Source: a virus
Strand: one strand, 5' to 3'
Length of the DNA stretch: 39,984 bases
Virus record (IMG/VR): IMGVR_UViG_3300045988_010917
Span: 1 to 39,984 of that record
The first letter of the stretch is position 1. The number at the start of each line of letters is the position of its first letter. The notes under the pieces were generated by a model. That model was not told the origin of the DNA. It saw nothing but the letters and a program-made list of their open reading frames with translations, and ran no database searches. Position numbers and translations under genes: made by a program. Shown piece after piece: positions 22,988-32,861 of the stretch.

Positions 22988-23132
22988 GGAGCTATTGGAG
23001 TATCTAAAGCATCATGAGCCATATGACGAAAATGATCCCATAGTGCATCAGTTTGACGGCGAGCGTGATGACGACCGCATGATGGCGACCATTGCCAAGA
23101 AAATATTGGAGACACAGGGGAGACAGTCCTAA
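22956..23132 (+). CDS. 58-aa acidic protein overlapping the MuF 3' end (below the ORF-track cutoff).
   Basis: MAHILTDTEREELLEYLKHHEPYDENDPIVHQFDGERDDDRMMATIAKKILETQGRQS. ATG lies 8 nt after AGAGGAG. Confidence 0.45.
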   Translation: MAHILTDTEREELLEYLKHHEPYDENDPIVHQFDGERDDDRMMATIAKKILETQGRQS

Positions 23133-23155
23133 ACGCGTTAAAAAATGGGTGAGCT

Positions 23156-23554
23156 ATGAACATTGAGATCCACGACAACAGCAAAGAGGTATCCGCCGCG
23201 ATCCAGGCGGCGCTGGTGCGGGGGCTGGAAAAGTGTGGGCTTGTGGCAGAGGGGTACGCAAAGAAACTTTGTCCCGTTGATACCGGCAATCTGCGCAACA
23301 GCATCACGCATGTGGTAGATAAGGAAGAGCCGGCGGTGTATATCGGCACAAACAGCGAATACGGCCCGTATGTAGAGCTGGGCACCGGCATTTACGCCGA
23401 GGGCGGCGGCGGACGGCCTACGCCGTGGGTGTATAAGGATGCAAAGGGGAACTGGCATTACACGCGAGGCAACAAAGCGCAGCCGTTTTTAAAACCCGCA
23501 GCGGCAGACCATGCCATCCAATACCGGAAGATATTGGAGGACGAACTGAAATAG
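23156..23554 (+). CDS. HK97 gp10-family structural protein.
   Basis: The CPVDTGNLRNSITH motif is typical of the gp10 family. Confidence 0.6.
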   Translation: MNIEIHDNSKEVSAAIQAALVRGLEKCGLVAEGYAKKLCPVDTGNLRNSITHVVDKEEPAVYIGTNSEYGPYVELGTGIYAEGGGGRPTPWVYKDAKGNWHYTRGNKAQPFLKPAAADHAIQYRKILEDELK

Positions 23555-23557
23555 GAG

Positions 23558-23597
23558 CTAACTGCTTACAAATTGTAGGCAGTTGGCTCTTTTTGTT
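23558..23597 (+). terminator. Rho-independent terminator.
   Basis: CTAACTGCTTACA pairs with TGTAGGCAGTTGG (a 13-bp stem with two G-U pairs). CTCTTTTTGTT follows. Confidence 0.7.
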
Positions 23598-23674
23598 AAT
23601 TACCGCAAGGGACAGCGGTTTTTATAAAACTATCGTTTCCGAAGGAACGGAACCGAAGAAAAGGAGATAGTGTC

Positions 23675-24286
23675 ATGGCACTTACACGAAAACTTTTGAA
23701 GGGTATGGGGCTCACCGATGAGCAGGTTGATACCATTATCGAGGCGCATACCGACACCGTGGACGGCTTGAAAGCTGATGTCAGCAAGTATAAGGCGGAC
23801 GCGGAGAAGCTGCCCAGCGTCCAGAAGCAGTTGGACGATCTCAAGGCGGCAGGTGACAACGGCTATCAGGAGAAGTACGAGAAAGAGCACAAGGCTTTTG
23901 AGGACTTCAAGGCCAATGTCGCGGCAAAGGAAAGCAAGGCGGCAAAGGAAAAGGCCGTCCGGGCTTACTTTGAGAGCAAAAACATCACCGGCGCGAATCT
24001 CGACCTTGCTATGCGCGGCTGCGGCGAGGAAATGGCCGCATTGGAGATGGACGGCGAGAAAATCAAGGACACCAAGAGCCTTGATGCACTCGTAGACGGC
24101 ACCTACAAGGGGCTTGTCTCCACCACGCAGACGCACGGGGCGAATCCCGCCAACCCCCCGGCAAACACCGGCGGCGCAAAATCCCGAGAGGACATCTACA
24201 AGAAGGACGATAAGGGCCGCTATGTGATGTCTACGGCGGAGCGCCAGAAAGCGCTTGCCGATCTGATGGCAAGCGAAAATAACTGA
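23675..24286 (+). CDS. Scaffolding protein.
   Basis: Highly charged coiled-coil sequence (KADVSKYKADAEKLPSVQKQLDDLKAAG...). It lies directly upstream of the capsid gene. Confidence 0.75.
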   Translation: MALTRKLLKGMGLTDEQVDTIIEAHTDTVDGLKADVSKYKADAEKLPSVQKQLDDLKAAGDNGYQEKYEKEHKAFEDFKANVAAKESKAAKEKAVRAYFESKNITGANLDLAMRGCGEEMAALEMDGEKIKDTKSLDALVDGTYKGLVSTTQTHGANPANPPANTGGAKSREDIYKKDDKGRYVMSTAERQKALADLMASENN

Positions 24287-24306
24287 TTTTTTGAAAGGAG
24301 CTATTT

Positions 24307-25209
24307 ATGGCTGCGAAAACTAACGTAACAACTTCTGCACAGTTTACCACTTCCGCCCGTGAGGTGGATTTCGTGTCCCGCTTCGCCGATAACTGGGACG
24401 CACTGCGTAACATCATGGGCATTATGCGTCCCATTCGCAAGGCCCCCGGCACGAAGCTGGTTTCCTACAAGGCCAGCGTGGACGGCGGTCTCAAGGGCGG
24501 CACTGTGGCTGAGGGTGACGAGATCCCCTTCACCAAGATGAAGGTGGATCCTGTTGCCTATGGCGACATCGACATTTCCAAGTATGCCAAGAGCGTGACT
24601 ATCGAGAGCGTGGCGAAGTACGGCGCTGATGTTGCCGTGGAGAAGACCGACGAGGCGTTCCTCGTGGCCCTGCAGAACAAGGTTTTGACTGACTTCTACA
24701 CCTTCCTCGGCACCGGCACGCTCAAGGTAACGGAAAAGACCTGGCAGCGCGCTCTTGCGATGGCAAAGGGCAAGGTGCTGGACAAGTTTGCCGGCCTCGA
24801 CAAGGACGTGACCGAGGTGGTGGGCTTTGCCAACATCATCGACGCTTACGATTACCTGGGTGACAAGGAAATCACCGTTCAGACCATGTTCGGCATCAAC
24901 TATGTGGAGAACTTCATGGGCTACCGCACTCTGTTCCTGCTGCCTGAGAAGTACATTGCCTCCAAAAAGGTGATTGCTCTGCCCGTGGAAAACATCGACC
25001 TGTACTATGTGGACCCGAGCGACAGCGACTTTGCCAAGCTGGGGCTGAATTACACCGTGAAGGGCGAGACCAACCTGATCGGCGTCCATGTCGACGGCGA
25101 TTACAGCCGCGCCACGGGCGATATGTACGCCATCATGGGCATGAAGCTGTGGGCTGAGTATCTGGACGGCGTTGCCGTGGCTACCGTTTCGGTGGCCGGC
25201 GCGGGCTAA
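24307..25209 (+). CDS. Major capsid protein.
   Basis: A 300-aa ORF after the scaffold gene, with strong coding bias and a strong RBS (AAAGGAG). Confidence 0.8.
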   Translation: MAAKTNVTTSAQFTTSAREVDFVSRFADNWDALRNIMGIMRPIRKAPGTKLVSYKASVDGGLKGGTVAEGDEIPFTKMKVDPVAYGDIDISKYAKSVTIESVAKYGADVAVEKTDEAFLVALQNKVLTDFYTFLGTGTLKVTEKTWQRALAMAKGKVLDKFAGLDKDVTEVVGFANIIDAYDYLGDKEITVQTMFGINYVENFMGYRTLFLLPEKYIASKKVIALPVENIDLYYVDPSDSDFAKLGLNYTVKGETNLIGVHVDGDYSRATGDMYAIMGMKLWAEYLDGVAVATVSVAGAG

Positions 25210-25225
25210 ATAGGAGGGCAGCGTA

Positions 25226-25660
25226 ATGCTTGAACAAGTCTTGCGGCATTTGAACAACTGGTTCCTTGTGGAGATTCGCGAGGGCACGTTCACCGTGGAG
25301 AACGGCAGCATTGCGCTGCCCTTTCTCCTGCCCAATCAATATTTCCGTATCTGCGGATCCGTATTTAACGATGGCCTGCACCAGTACCCGGCGACCGACC
25401 TCACGGATGAAACCTTTACCGGGACAGTGTGGGTGTTGGCTGTGCCAAAGGCTGTGCTTGTGCTTGCCGAAGATATCGCCGCATGGGAAGAAAAGAACGG
25501 TGAAGCCGTTTTAAGCCCGTACACGAGCGAAAGCTTCGGTGGATACAGTTACACCAAGGCGAGCGGCGGAAATGCCGACACGAGCGCTGGGACGGGCTGG
25601 CAGGGCGCTTTTAAAGGCCGATTAAATGACTGGCGCAAGCTCAAGGGGGTGGAACCGTGA
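25226..25660 (+). CDS. Head-tail connector/adaptor candidate.
   Basis: Position in the head-to-tail joining block. Confidence 0.45.
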   Translation: MLEQVLRHLNNWFLVEIREGTFTVENGSIALPFLLPNQYFRICGSVFNDGLHQYPATDLTDETFTGTVWVLAVPKAVLVLAEDIAAWEEKNGEAVLSPYTSESFGGYSYTKASGGNADTSAGTGWQGAFKGRLNDWRKLKGVEP

Positions 25661-26016
25661 CTTTACTGGACGATTTTGCCCACAAGTGCATTCTGATGGA
25701 GAAAAAGCGCACGCCTGACGGCGCGGGCGGCTACATCACTGCGTGGGAAGAGGGCGCGGAGTTCCTCAATTACCAGTCTCTTGACACATCGATGGAGGCG
25801 CGAAAAGCGGAAAAGGACGGCGTTACCTCGGTATATTCCGCACTGGTCAATCAGAGCGTGCCCATCGAGTACAACGATTATTTCCGCGATACGGAAACGG
25901 GGATTACCTATCGCGTGACCTCAAATCCCGAGGAAAAGGCCGCACCGAGGTCTGCGGGCGCAATCATTAAGGCGCTGAAATTCTTCACTGCGGAGCGAAA
26001 GGAGCTGCCGAAATGA
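25657..26016 (+). CDS. Head closure / head-tail joining protein candidate.
   Basis: Position, size and overlapping start/stop. Confidence 0.45.
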   Translation: MTLLDDFAHKCILMEKKRTPDGAGGYITAWEEGAEFLNYQSLDTSMEARKAEKDGVTSVYSALVNQSVPIEYNDYFRDTETGITYRVTSNPEEKAAPRSAGAIIKALKFFTAERKELPK

Positions 26017-26381
26017 CAAAGGACAAGGCGCTCCATGCGTGGTTTTCCCAATTCCTCCCGTCGTATCCGACCTCGAATGTGCCGGAGGACGCGACCTTCC
26101 CGTGGCTGACCTATGAGCTTATCACAGGATCATGGGAGAGCGGCGAGACCGCGCTGACGGTCAGCCTCTGGTATTACACCGAGAGCGAAGCGATGCCCAA
26201 TGCAAAGGCACAAGAAATCAGCGACGCAATCGGCATGGGCGGCTGTATGGTCGCCTATGACGGCGGAGCAATGTGGATCAAGCGTGGCTCCCCGTGGTGT
26301 CAGAACATCGCGGACGAAAGCGATAAAAACATCAAGCGAAGGTATCTCAACATCACGGTGGAATACCTATCGCAAAACTGA
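26013..26381 (+). CDS. Tail completion/terminator protein candidate.
   Basis: Position immediately upstream of the major tail gene. Confidence 0.4.
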   Translation: MTKDKALHAWFSQFLPSYPTSNVPEDATFPWLTYELITGSWESGETALTVSLWYYTESEAMPNAKAQEISDAIGMGGCMVAYDGGAMWIKRGSPWCQNIADESDKNIKRRYLNITVEYLSQN

Positions 26382-26396
26382 TGAAAGGAAGAAAAT

Positions 26397-26981
26397 ATGA
26401 AATTCACAAAAATTCCCTCTGATGCATTTCAGAAGCTCCAGATAAACGCCGGTATTCTGACTACCGATTTTACCCCGGCCACCGGCACCATCGGGGAATC
26501 GGGGCAGATTGGCGCGACGACCGGCGGCATTAGCTTTACCGCAACGCCCACCTATAAGGACTATGGAGAGGACATCGACAACTGCCCCAAGAACATGAAG
26601 GAACTGAAACGGGTGGATTCCTGGGAGGCGAAGATTGCGGGTACGTTCATTAACGCAGACACCAAGATTGCAAAGAGCCTTTGCGGTGCTGCCGATGTGG
26701 GTACCAGCGATGGGAAGGTCACGCCTCGGAACGATCTGTCGGACGCTGACTTTGCCGACATCTGGCTGGTGGGCGACTACTCCGACAAGAACGGCGATAA
26801 AAATGGCGGCTTCATCGCCATCCACCTGATGAACGCACTGTCCACCGGCGGCTTCCAGCTGAAGACCAGCGACAAGGCGAAGGGGCAGTTCGCGTTTGAG
26901 TATACGGCCCACTACTCCATGAGCGCACAGGACACTGTGCCATTTGAGATCTACATCAAGGCCGGTACGGCGGAGGAGTAA
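26397..26981 (+). CDS. Major tail protein.
   Basis: A 194-aa ORF preceding the chaperone/tape-measure pair. Confidence 0.7.
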   Translation: MKFTKIPSDAFQKLQINAGILTTDFTPATGTIGESGQIGATTGGISFTATPTYKDYGEDIDNCPKNMKELKRVDSWEAKIAGTFINADTKIAKSLCGAADVGTSDGKVTPRNDLSDADFADIWLVGDYSDKNGDKNGGFIAIHLMNALSTGGFQLKTSDKAKGQFAFEYTAHYSMSAQDTVPFEIYIKAGTAEE

Positions 26982-26985
26982 CACC

Positions 26986-27390
26986 ATGAAACTGTCAAGA
27001 ATTAAAGGGGAGCGAGTGTTTGATGTTATCGCAGACATTATCGATCCTATTGCCAACATAGCCGAGGACAAAGAAGCCGCAGCGTTGTTTCAGCGTCAAA
27101 AGCTCCCGGATGGCGTAAATGCAAAGGACTTTGTATTGGCAAGGGTTAAGAAATCTGCTCCGCTGCTTTTGCGTGGACACAAGAAAGATCTGATCGCAAT
27201 TTTGGCGGCTGTGGAAGGCGTGCCTGCAAAAAAATATGCCGCTGGGCTGACGCTTGCCAAGTTGCTGGTTGATGTTACTGAGCTTATGACAGACGAGGCA
27301 TTTACGGACCTTTTTACATCTGCGCAGACCGAGACGGCAAAAACACCGTCCGGCTCTGTGCAGGAGAATACCGGGGAAGCCAAAGAGTAA
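26986..27390 (+). CDS. Tail assembly chaperone (gpG-like).
   Basis: Position before the tape measure. The -1 frame continues open to 27626. Confidence 0.7.
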   Translation: MKLSRIKGERVFDVIADIIDPIANIAEDKEAAALFQRQKLPDGVNAKDFVLARVKKSAPLLLRGHKKDLIAILAAVEGVPAKKYAAGLTLAKLLVDVTELMTDEAFTDLFTSAQTETAKTPSGSVQENTGEAKE

Positions 27391-27626
27391 AGCCATTCCT
27401 GTCATACTGTGTAGCGCGGTATAAGCAGGATGCAGAAGAAAAAGCATATCGAATTTATTCTGCTGACCTGCTTAAAGCAATATGCGAGCGATGCGGGGGC
27501 GTTTCAATCGATAAGCGATATATTGAAATTATAGATGTGAGCAAAATAGACAATCGCTCATGTGAAGAAATCACCAGCGATATTGTCAATCGTTGCGGGT
27601 TACAAGTTAAAAAAGCCGCCCCATAA
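27333..27626 (+). CDS. Putative -1 frameshift extension of the tail assembly chaperone (gpGT-like).
   Basis: The -1 frame is open across the G-frame stop (27388-27390). It encodes ...KPFLSYCVARYKQDAEEKAYRIYSADLLKAICERCGG...KKAAP. Candidate slip sites are the A5 run at 27339-27343 and GGGGAAG at 27373-27379. Confidence 0.5.
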   Translation, partial: DGKNTVRLCAGEYRGSQRVKPFLSYCVARYKQDAEEKAYRIYSADLLKAICERCGGVSIDKRYIEIIDVSKIDNRSCEEITSDIVNRCGLQVKKAAP

Positions 27627-27663
27627 CGGGGCGGCAAGAAATCCCGTGAAAGAGGGGTGAGGA

Positions 27664-30027
27664 ATGAATCTACTTGATTTATATGTAAAAATTTCTGTAG
27701 ATTCGGGCGATGTAAATAGCCAATTCAAGAAAATCGGCGAAAGCGCGAGCCAAATGGGAAGCAAGGCCACAAAGGAATCGAGCAAAATCGAAGTGTTTGT
27801 AGACAAGCTTGCAACGGTTGGGAAAAAAGCTGCTGAACTTAGTGCCAAGGCAATAGCGGCCGCATCTGCGGCTGCTGGAGTGGTTGGCAAATATGCTATT
27901 GACGTGGGCAGTTCCTTTGATTCTGCCATGTCAAAAGTATCTGCTATTTCCGGCGCAACGGGGCAAAGCTTAGACGAGCTGCGCGAAAAAGCCAAAGAAA
28001 TGGGCGCTAAAACAAAGTTTTCAGCGACAGAATCCGCCGATGCTTTTACTTACATGGCAATGGCTGGCTGGAAAACCGAAGAAATGCTTAACGGCATTGA
28101 GGGTATTATGAACTTGGCTGCAGCATCCGGCGAAGATTTGGCTCAAACTTCAGATATTGTGACTGACGCATTAACGGCATTCGGACTGCAGGCCTCTGAT
28201 TCTGCGCATTTTGCTGATGTGCTCGCCGCTGCGTCAAATAGCGCAAATACGAACGTATCCATGCTGGGCGGCTCCTTCAAATACGTTGCTCCTGTTGCCG
28301 GCGCTTTGGGGTATAGCATTGAGGACGTATCTGTTGCCCTTGGTTTGATGGCCAACAGCGGAATCAAGGCGGAACAAGCTGGCACATCAATGCGCGCAAT
28401 GCTTACCAGGCTGGCCAAACCGACCAAGGAAGTCCAAGAGGCGTTTGCTTCCTTGGGCATGGATGCAGCGGATGCTATCCAAAACGCTGATGGAACCATG
28501 AAGCCATTTAGCGAGACCATGCAGATCCTGCGCGATAAAATGGCCGGATTGAGCGAAGCAGAGAAAGCTAACGTGGCAGCGGCCATTGCCGGTCAGGAAG
28601 CAATGTCCGGCATGCTGGCCATCGTCAATGCGTCCGATTCCGATTTTGAGAAATTAACATCCGCCATCGCCAATGCGGACGGTACTGCGCAAAGCATGGC
28701 AGACACGATGATTAACAACCTGAACGGCGCAATTACTATCCTAAAATCTGCCACAGAAGGATTTGGCATCACTCTTTATGAGACTTTTTCCGGCCCAGCG
28801 CAAAAGGCCATCGAGACGCTTACGGGGTATGTATCTCAACTGACGGATGCATTTAGCACCGGCGGTCTTTCTGGATTGATGGACGAAATGGGCAACGTTG
28901 TGGGCGATGGGCTTAATAAAATCCTTGAGTACTTGCCTAAAATCGTGCAGGTAGGCGCAGATATTGTTATGGCGCTTGTAAATGCAATTATCCAAAATCT
29001 TCCGGCGTTGAATGCTGCCTCTATTGAAATCGTGCTGCAACTTGCAAATGGGCTGATTGACAATCTCCCGGCATTGATTGATGCTCTAATCCAAGTAACC
29101 CTGACAGTTATACAGCAGATAACAGACCCTGAATTTTTAACACAAATTGTCGAGACGGCAATCCTGCTGATTATGACGCTGGCAAACGGGATGATTGACG
29201 CGATCCCGCAGCTTATTGCGGCAGTACCTCTGATTATTGGCAACTTGCTTGCCGCAATCATTGTAGAGTTGCCGAACATTATCCAAATGGGAATCGATCT
29301 CCTGTTTGCGCTGATAGACGGAATTATCCAGTGCATACCGGAATTGGTGGCGGCAATCCCTACGCTGATTATTGCGTTTATCAACGGCATTGTAAACAAC
29401 CTTGACAAAATCATTCTTGCGGCGCCGCAAATCATTGTATCGCTGATTACCGGCATTGTCGGAGCAATCCCGGAACTGATTGCGGCCGTCCCGCGCATTA
29501 TCGCGGCCATTGTTGACACATTCCGAAATTATGATTGGGGCGGCATCGGCAGAAACATTGTCCAAGGCTTGAAAGACGGTATCGCCGGGATGTGGGACAA
29601 CATCAAGAACTGGTTTAACGATAAAGTGGACGCGCTTGTTGGCGGCGTTAAGAAGATTCTGGGTATTGCATCCCCTTCCAAGGTCTTTGCCGGCATCGGC
29701 GGCTTTATGGCTGAAGGCTTGGGCGAAGGGTTTAGCGATGAATTTTCATCGGTGAAAAAGGACATCGAAGGCAACATGAGCTTTGACGCTGGCACCATTA
29801 CGGCAGATGCAAACATCAGCAGAAACTATACAAGTGGCTCTTACGGAGCAGCAAGCACAAGCGGTGGCAGCGATTCTGGCAGAATTGTAATGCTGCTGGA
29901 ACAGTATTTGCCTATGTTGGCAAATATGAAAGTCATCATGGACAGTGGCCAGGTTGTCGGTTTGCTTGCCCCAGGCATGGATGAAGAACTGGCCAAAATC
30001 AATGCGAGGAGGGCAAGGGCCGTATGA
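27664..30027 (+). CDS. Tail tape measure protein.
   Basis: 787 aa. The core is AMSKVSAISGATGQSLDELREKAKEMGAKTKFSATESADAFTYMAMAGW. A long helical repeat region follows. Confidence 0.9.
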   Translation: MNLLDLYVKISVDSGDVNSQFKKIGESASQMGSKATKESSKIEVFVDKLATVGKKAAELSAKAIAAASAAAGVVGKYAIDVGSSFDSAMSKVSAISGATGQSLDELREKAKEMGAKTKFSATESADAFTYMAMAGWKTEEMLNGIEGIMNLAAASGEDLAQTSDIVTDALTAFGLQASDSAHFADVLAAASNSANTNVSMLGGSFKYVAPVAGALGYSIEDVSVALGLMANSGIKAEQAGTSMRAMLTRLAKPTKEVQEAFASLGMDAADAIQNADGTMKPFSETMQILRDKMAGLSEAEKANVAAAIAGQEAMSGMLAIVNASDSDFEKLTSAIANADGTAQSMADTMINNLNGAITILKSATEGFGITLYETFSGPAQKAIETLTGYVSQLTDAFSTGGLSGLMDEMGNVVGDGLNKILEYLPKIVQVGADIVMALVNAIIQNLPALNAASIEIVLQLANGLIDNLPALIDALIQVTLTVIQQITDPEFLTQIVETAILLIMTLANGMIDAIPQLIAAVPLIIGNLLAAIIVELPNIIQMGIDLLFALIDGIIQCIPELVAAIPTLIIAFINGIVNNLDKIILAAPQIIVSLITGIVGAIPELIAAVPRIIAAIVDTFRNYDWGGIGRNIVQGLKDGIAGMWDNIKNWFNDKVDALVGGVKKILGIASPSKVFAGIGGFMAEGLGEGFSDEFSSVKKDIEGNMSFDAGTITADANISRNYTSGSYGAASTSGGSDSGRIVMLLEQYLPMLANMKVIMDSGQVVGLLAPGMDEELAKINARRARAV

Positions 30028-30689
30028 TTGGAAAAGTATTTTTTGACGGGAAAGATACCTACGCAGAATATGGCCTGCTGCTTGCAAGTAAGTCCATTTC
30101 TCTTCCGGAAGTCCGCACGAACATGATCGATGTTCCGGGCCGGGACGGTCTGCTGGATGCGTCTGAAGTGCTGACCGGAGAAGTCTCCTATAAGAACCGC
30201 ACTATTACACTGAAGCTCACCGGCGTGGACACGGTGAGCGGCAAGACATGGCCTGCTACGATTTCCGATTTCTGCAACAAAGTCCACGGCAAGCGCGTTA
30301 AAATAACATTCCCCGAGGACACCGCCCATTTTTACAGTGGGCGGTGCTCCGTTGGGCAGGTGGAGCTTGTCAAAATGATGCAGACTATCCCGGTCACGGT
30401 TGACTGCGACCCGTGGAAATACAAGAACGCAAAAACCACGGTTTCCCGCTCTGACCTTGGCACGGCCTACAAACAGCTATCCCTACCCAACGAGCGCCGG
30501 CCTGTCATCCCCACTATCACGGTGGCCCAGGACACCACCTTGCTTTGGGGCAGCAGCACAATCAACATCAGCGCGGGAGATCATATTCTGCCCGCTATCC
30601 GTCTTGCGGCTGGAAGCAACACCCTGAAAGCAAAAGTCGCAATCGGCACAGGTAGCATCACTGTGACATACCAGGAGGCGAGCCTGTAA
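30024..30689 (+). CDS. Distal tail protein (Dit, siphovirus tail family).
   Basis: Follows the tape measure. EVRTNMIDVPGRDGLLDASEVLTGEVSYKNRTITLKL is typical. Confidence 0.7.
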   Translation: MIGKVFFDGKDTYAEYGLLLASKSISLPEVRTNMIDVPGRDGLLDASEVLTGEVSYKNRTITLKLTGVDTVSGKTWPATISDFCNKVHGKRVKITFPEDTAHFYSGRCSVGQVELVKMMQTIPVTVDCDPWKYKNAKTTVSRSDLGTAYKQLSLPNERRPVIPTITVAQDTTLLWGSSTINISAGDHILPAIRLAAGSNTLKAKVAIGTGSITVTYQEASL

Positions 30690-32857
30690 TGTATCAACTC
30701 AAATACAAAAACTATATCCTGTATGACCCACGCCTTGCGGATGAAAAACTAATCGTCCGTGACCCCTCTGTGAAGCTGGCGGTCAGCAAGGCCGGGGAAA
30801 TGTCCTTTACGGTGGACGCAGAACATCCCTATTTAAGCAATCTGCGCCGCATGAGCGGCCTTGTGGAGCTGCGGGACGGCACTTTCCCTATATATAGGGG
30901 AAGAATAACCAGCGATATAAAAGACTTCTACGGGGCGCACAAAATCGAAACAGAGGGCATTATGGCGGCGCTGAATGACAGCATCATACCCCCGTTCAAC
31001 TTCCCGAGGGACTTTGCGGAGGACGCTTCCTATAAGGCCGCCGCCGCAAGCGGGAATGTGGTTGATTTCTTTTTCCGCTGGATTTTGGCGCAGCATAACA
31101 GCCAAGTGTCCACGGAGCAGCAGATCAAGCCCGGCGTGGTCACCGTGTCCGACCCTAACAATTACATTACCCGCGGCTCTGAGGAGTACGCCACGGCGAT
31201 GACCACTATTTCCGATAAGCTGTTTAAATCTGCCCTGGGCGGGAATCTGCTAATCCGATACGAGAATGACGGCAATTATTTGGACTATTATTCGGAACTG
31301 CCGCTGACAAATACGCAGACGGTGGAATTTGCCGAAAACCTGCTTGACATATCCAGTGAGGTTGACGGCACGTCTATCTACACTGCTATCCTGCCGGAAG
31401 GCAAGGATGGCCTGACTATCGGAAATCTGCCGGACGGTGACTTGACGGATGACCTTGTGAAGTCTGGGAAAATCATCTACAGCAAGTCCGGCGTGGCCAC
31501 ATATGGGCGCATTACCCGGCATATCAAGTGGGACGATGTGACCGTGGCCGCAAATCTGCAAACCAAGGCCAAAGCGGCGCTGGCTGACAACGGCCTGTCT
31601 ATGCCGGAAACCATCACCTGCAAGGCGGTGGATTTGGGCTGGCAAGAGGGCATCCAGCATTTCCGGGTGGGCAGAATGACCGCCTTGGTCAGTACGCCCC
31701 ACGGCTACAGCGCGTCCTATCCGCTGATGGAGCTGGCCCCGGATATTCTTGACCCCGGCAACACACAAATCTCGCTGGGCGCAACACGGCGCACATTTAC
31801 TGGATCACAAATCGATGCCGGCCGCAAAACGGAGGCGAGCATCGACAGCACAAAAAGAGACCTTACGCAACGGATCGAAAACATAGAACTTACCCCCGGG
31901 CCTCCCGGCCCTGCCGGTGCGTCGGTGTTTATCACCTACCACGACGGCACGGCTGCCCCAGCTGCCCCCACAGGGGATGGCACAAAAAATGGCTGGCACA
32001 CAAACTTGACTGATGCTGTGGTATGGCTCTCACAGAAGGTAGCAGCGTCCGCCAGCAGCGGTACATGGGGAACGCCCGTGCGCATTGTAGGAGCGGACGG
32101 CAAGCCTGGAACCAAGGGCGATGACGGTGTTTCCGTAACGCACACGGATGTGGAATATTACCTATCCACCTCTGAGACAGAGCTTTCCGGCGGCACATGG
32201 CAGCCTGCGGCCCCAACCATCACGGACGGCACCTACCTTTGGGGCCGAACGAAGATCACCTATTCCAACGGGCAAACGGCCTACACCGGCGCATACTGCA
32301 TCAGTAAGGCCATGACCGAGAGCGCCGAACCGATTGTCAGCGAGACCCGCACGGCGGTGACAAAGCTGACCCAGGATGTGAACAGATTCGAGGCCAAAGT
32401 TTCCGAGACCTATATTGAAAAATCCGATTTCAATGAGTTTAAGCAACAAACGGAATCCGACCTAACCGCCAACAGTACGGCCATAGAGCAGCGGTATTCC
32501 GAGATCAAGGACGTGGAGCAGAAAGTCCTTGGCGTAGATGGCAAAGTCACGGATGTGCAGAAACAGGTCACGGAGACGGCGGGCTATATCCGTACCGGCA
32601 AGGTGGCAGAGGATGAATCCGGGAATCCAATCTACGGCGTGAAAATCGGGCAGACCGATACGGCGGGCAATTATAACGCCTTTGCCCAGTTCACAGCTGG
32701 GCGCATTTCCTTTTTCGATGAAACCGAGAAGGAGATCAGCCATTTCGCGGGCAAGGATTTCTACATCGACAGCGGTATCATCGTCCAAAACCTGAATCTT
32801 GGTGGCTACGAGCTGCGCCGGAATAAGGGCCTTGGCTTCAAATGGATAGGAGGCTGA
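30689..32857 (+). CDS. Tail-associated protein (Tal / prophage tail endopeptidase-like N-terminus) with short collagen-like stretches.
   Basis: Position after Dit. GPPGPAG and GADGKPGTKGDDG stretches are present in the 31880-32130 region, with a C-terminal coiled coil. Confidence 0.7.
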   Translation: MYQLKYKNYILYDPRLADEKLIVRDPSVKLAVSKAGEMSFTVDAEHPYLSNLRRMSGLVELRDGTFPIYRGRITSDIKDFYGAHKIETEGIMAALNDSIIPPFNFPRDFAEDASYKAAAASGNVVDFFFRWILAQHNSQVSTEQQIKPGVVTVSDPNNYITRGSEEYATAMTTISDKLFKSALGGNLLIRYENDGNYLDYYSELPLTNTQTVEFAENLLDISSEVDGTSIYTAILPEGKDGLTIGNLPDGDLTDDLVKSGKIIYSKSGVATYGRITRHIKWDDVTVAANLQTKAKAALADNGLSMPETITCKAVDLGWQEGIQHFRVGRMTALVSTPHGYSASYPLMELAPDILDPGNTQISLGATRRTFTGSQIDAGRKTEASIDSTKRDLTQRIENIELTPGPPGPAGASVFITYHDGTAAPAAPTGDGTKNGWHTNLTDAVVWLSQKVAASASSGTWGTPVRIVGADGKPGTKGDDGVSVTHTDVEYYLSTSETELSGGTWQPAAPTITDGTYLWGRTKITYSNGQTAYTGAYCISKAMTESAEPIVSETRTAVTKLTQDVNRFEAKVSETYIEKSDFNEFKQQTESDLTANSTAIEQRYSEIKDVEQKVLGVDGKVTDVQKQVTETAGYIRTGKVAEDESGNPIYGVKIGQTDTAGNYNAFAQFTAGRISFFDETEKEISHFAGKDFYIDSGIIVQNLNLGGYELRRNKGLGFKWIGG

Positions 32858-32861
32858 TAGA

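Noticed and set aside
27664-30027. The repetitive helical segment of the tape measure (IDAIPQLIAAVP / IQCIPELVAAIP / VGAIPELIAAVP) and the repeats at 7175-7290, considered as possible CRISPR-like or DGR-like elements.
   Set aside because: These are in-frame protein repeats or short iterons without spacer-repeat periodicity. No cas genes, no reverse transcriptase and no template/variable repeat pair were found anywhere in the window.
31880-32130. Collagen-like Gly-X-Y stretches in the Tal-like protein as a separate feature.
   Set aside because: There are only two or three short triplet runs (GPPGPAG, GADGKPGTKGDDG) within a normal tail protein. This is common in phage fibers and was not treated as an independent element.
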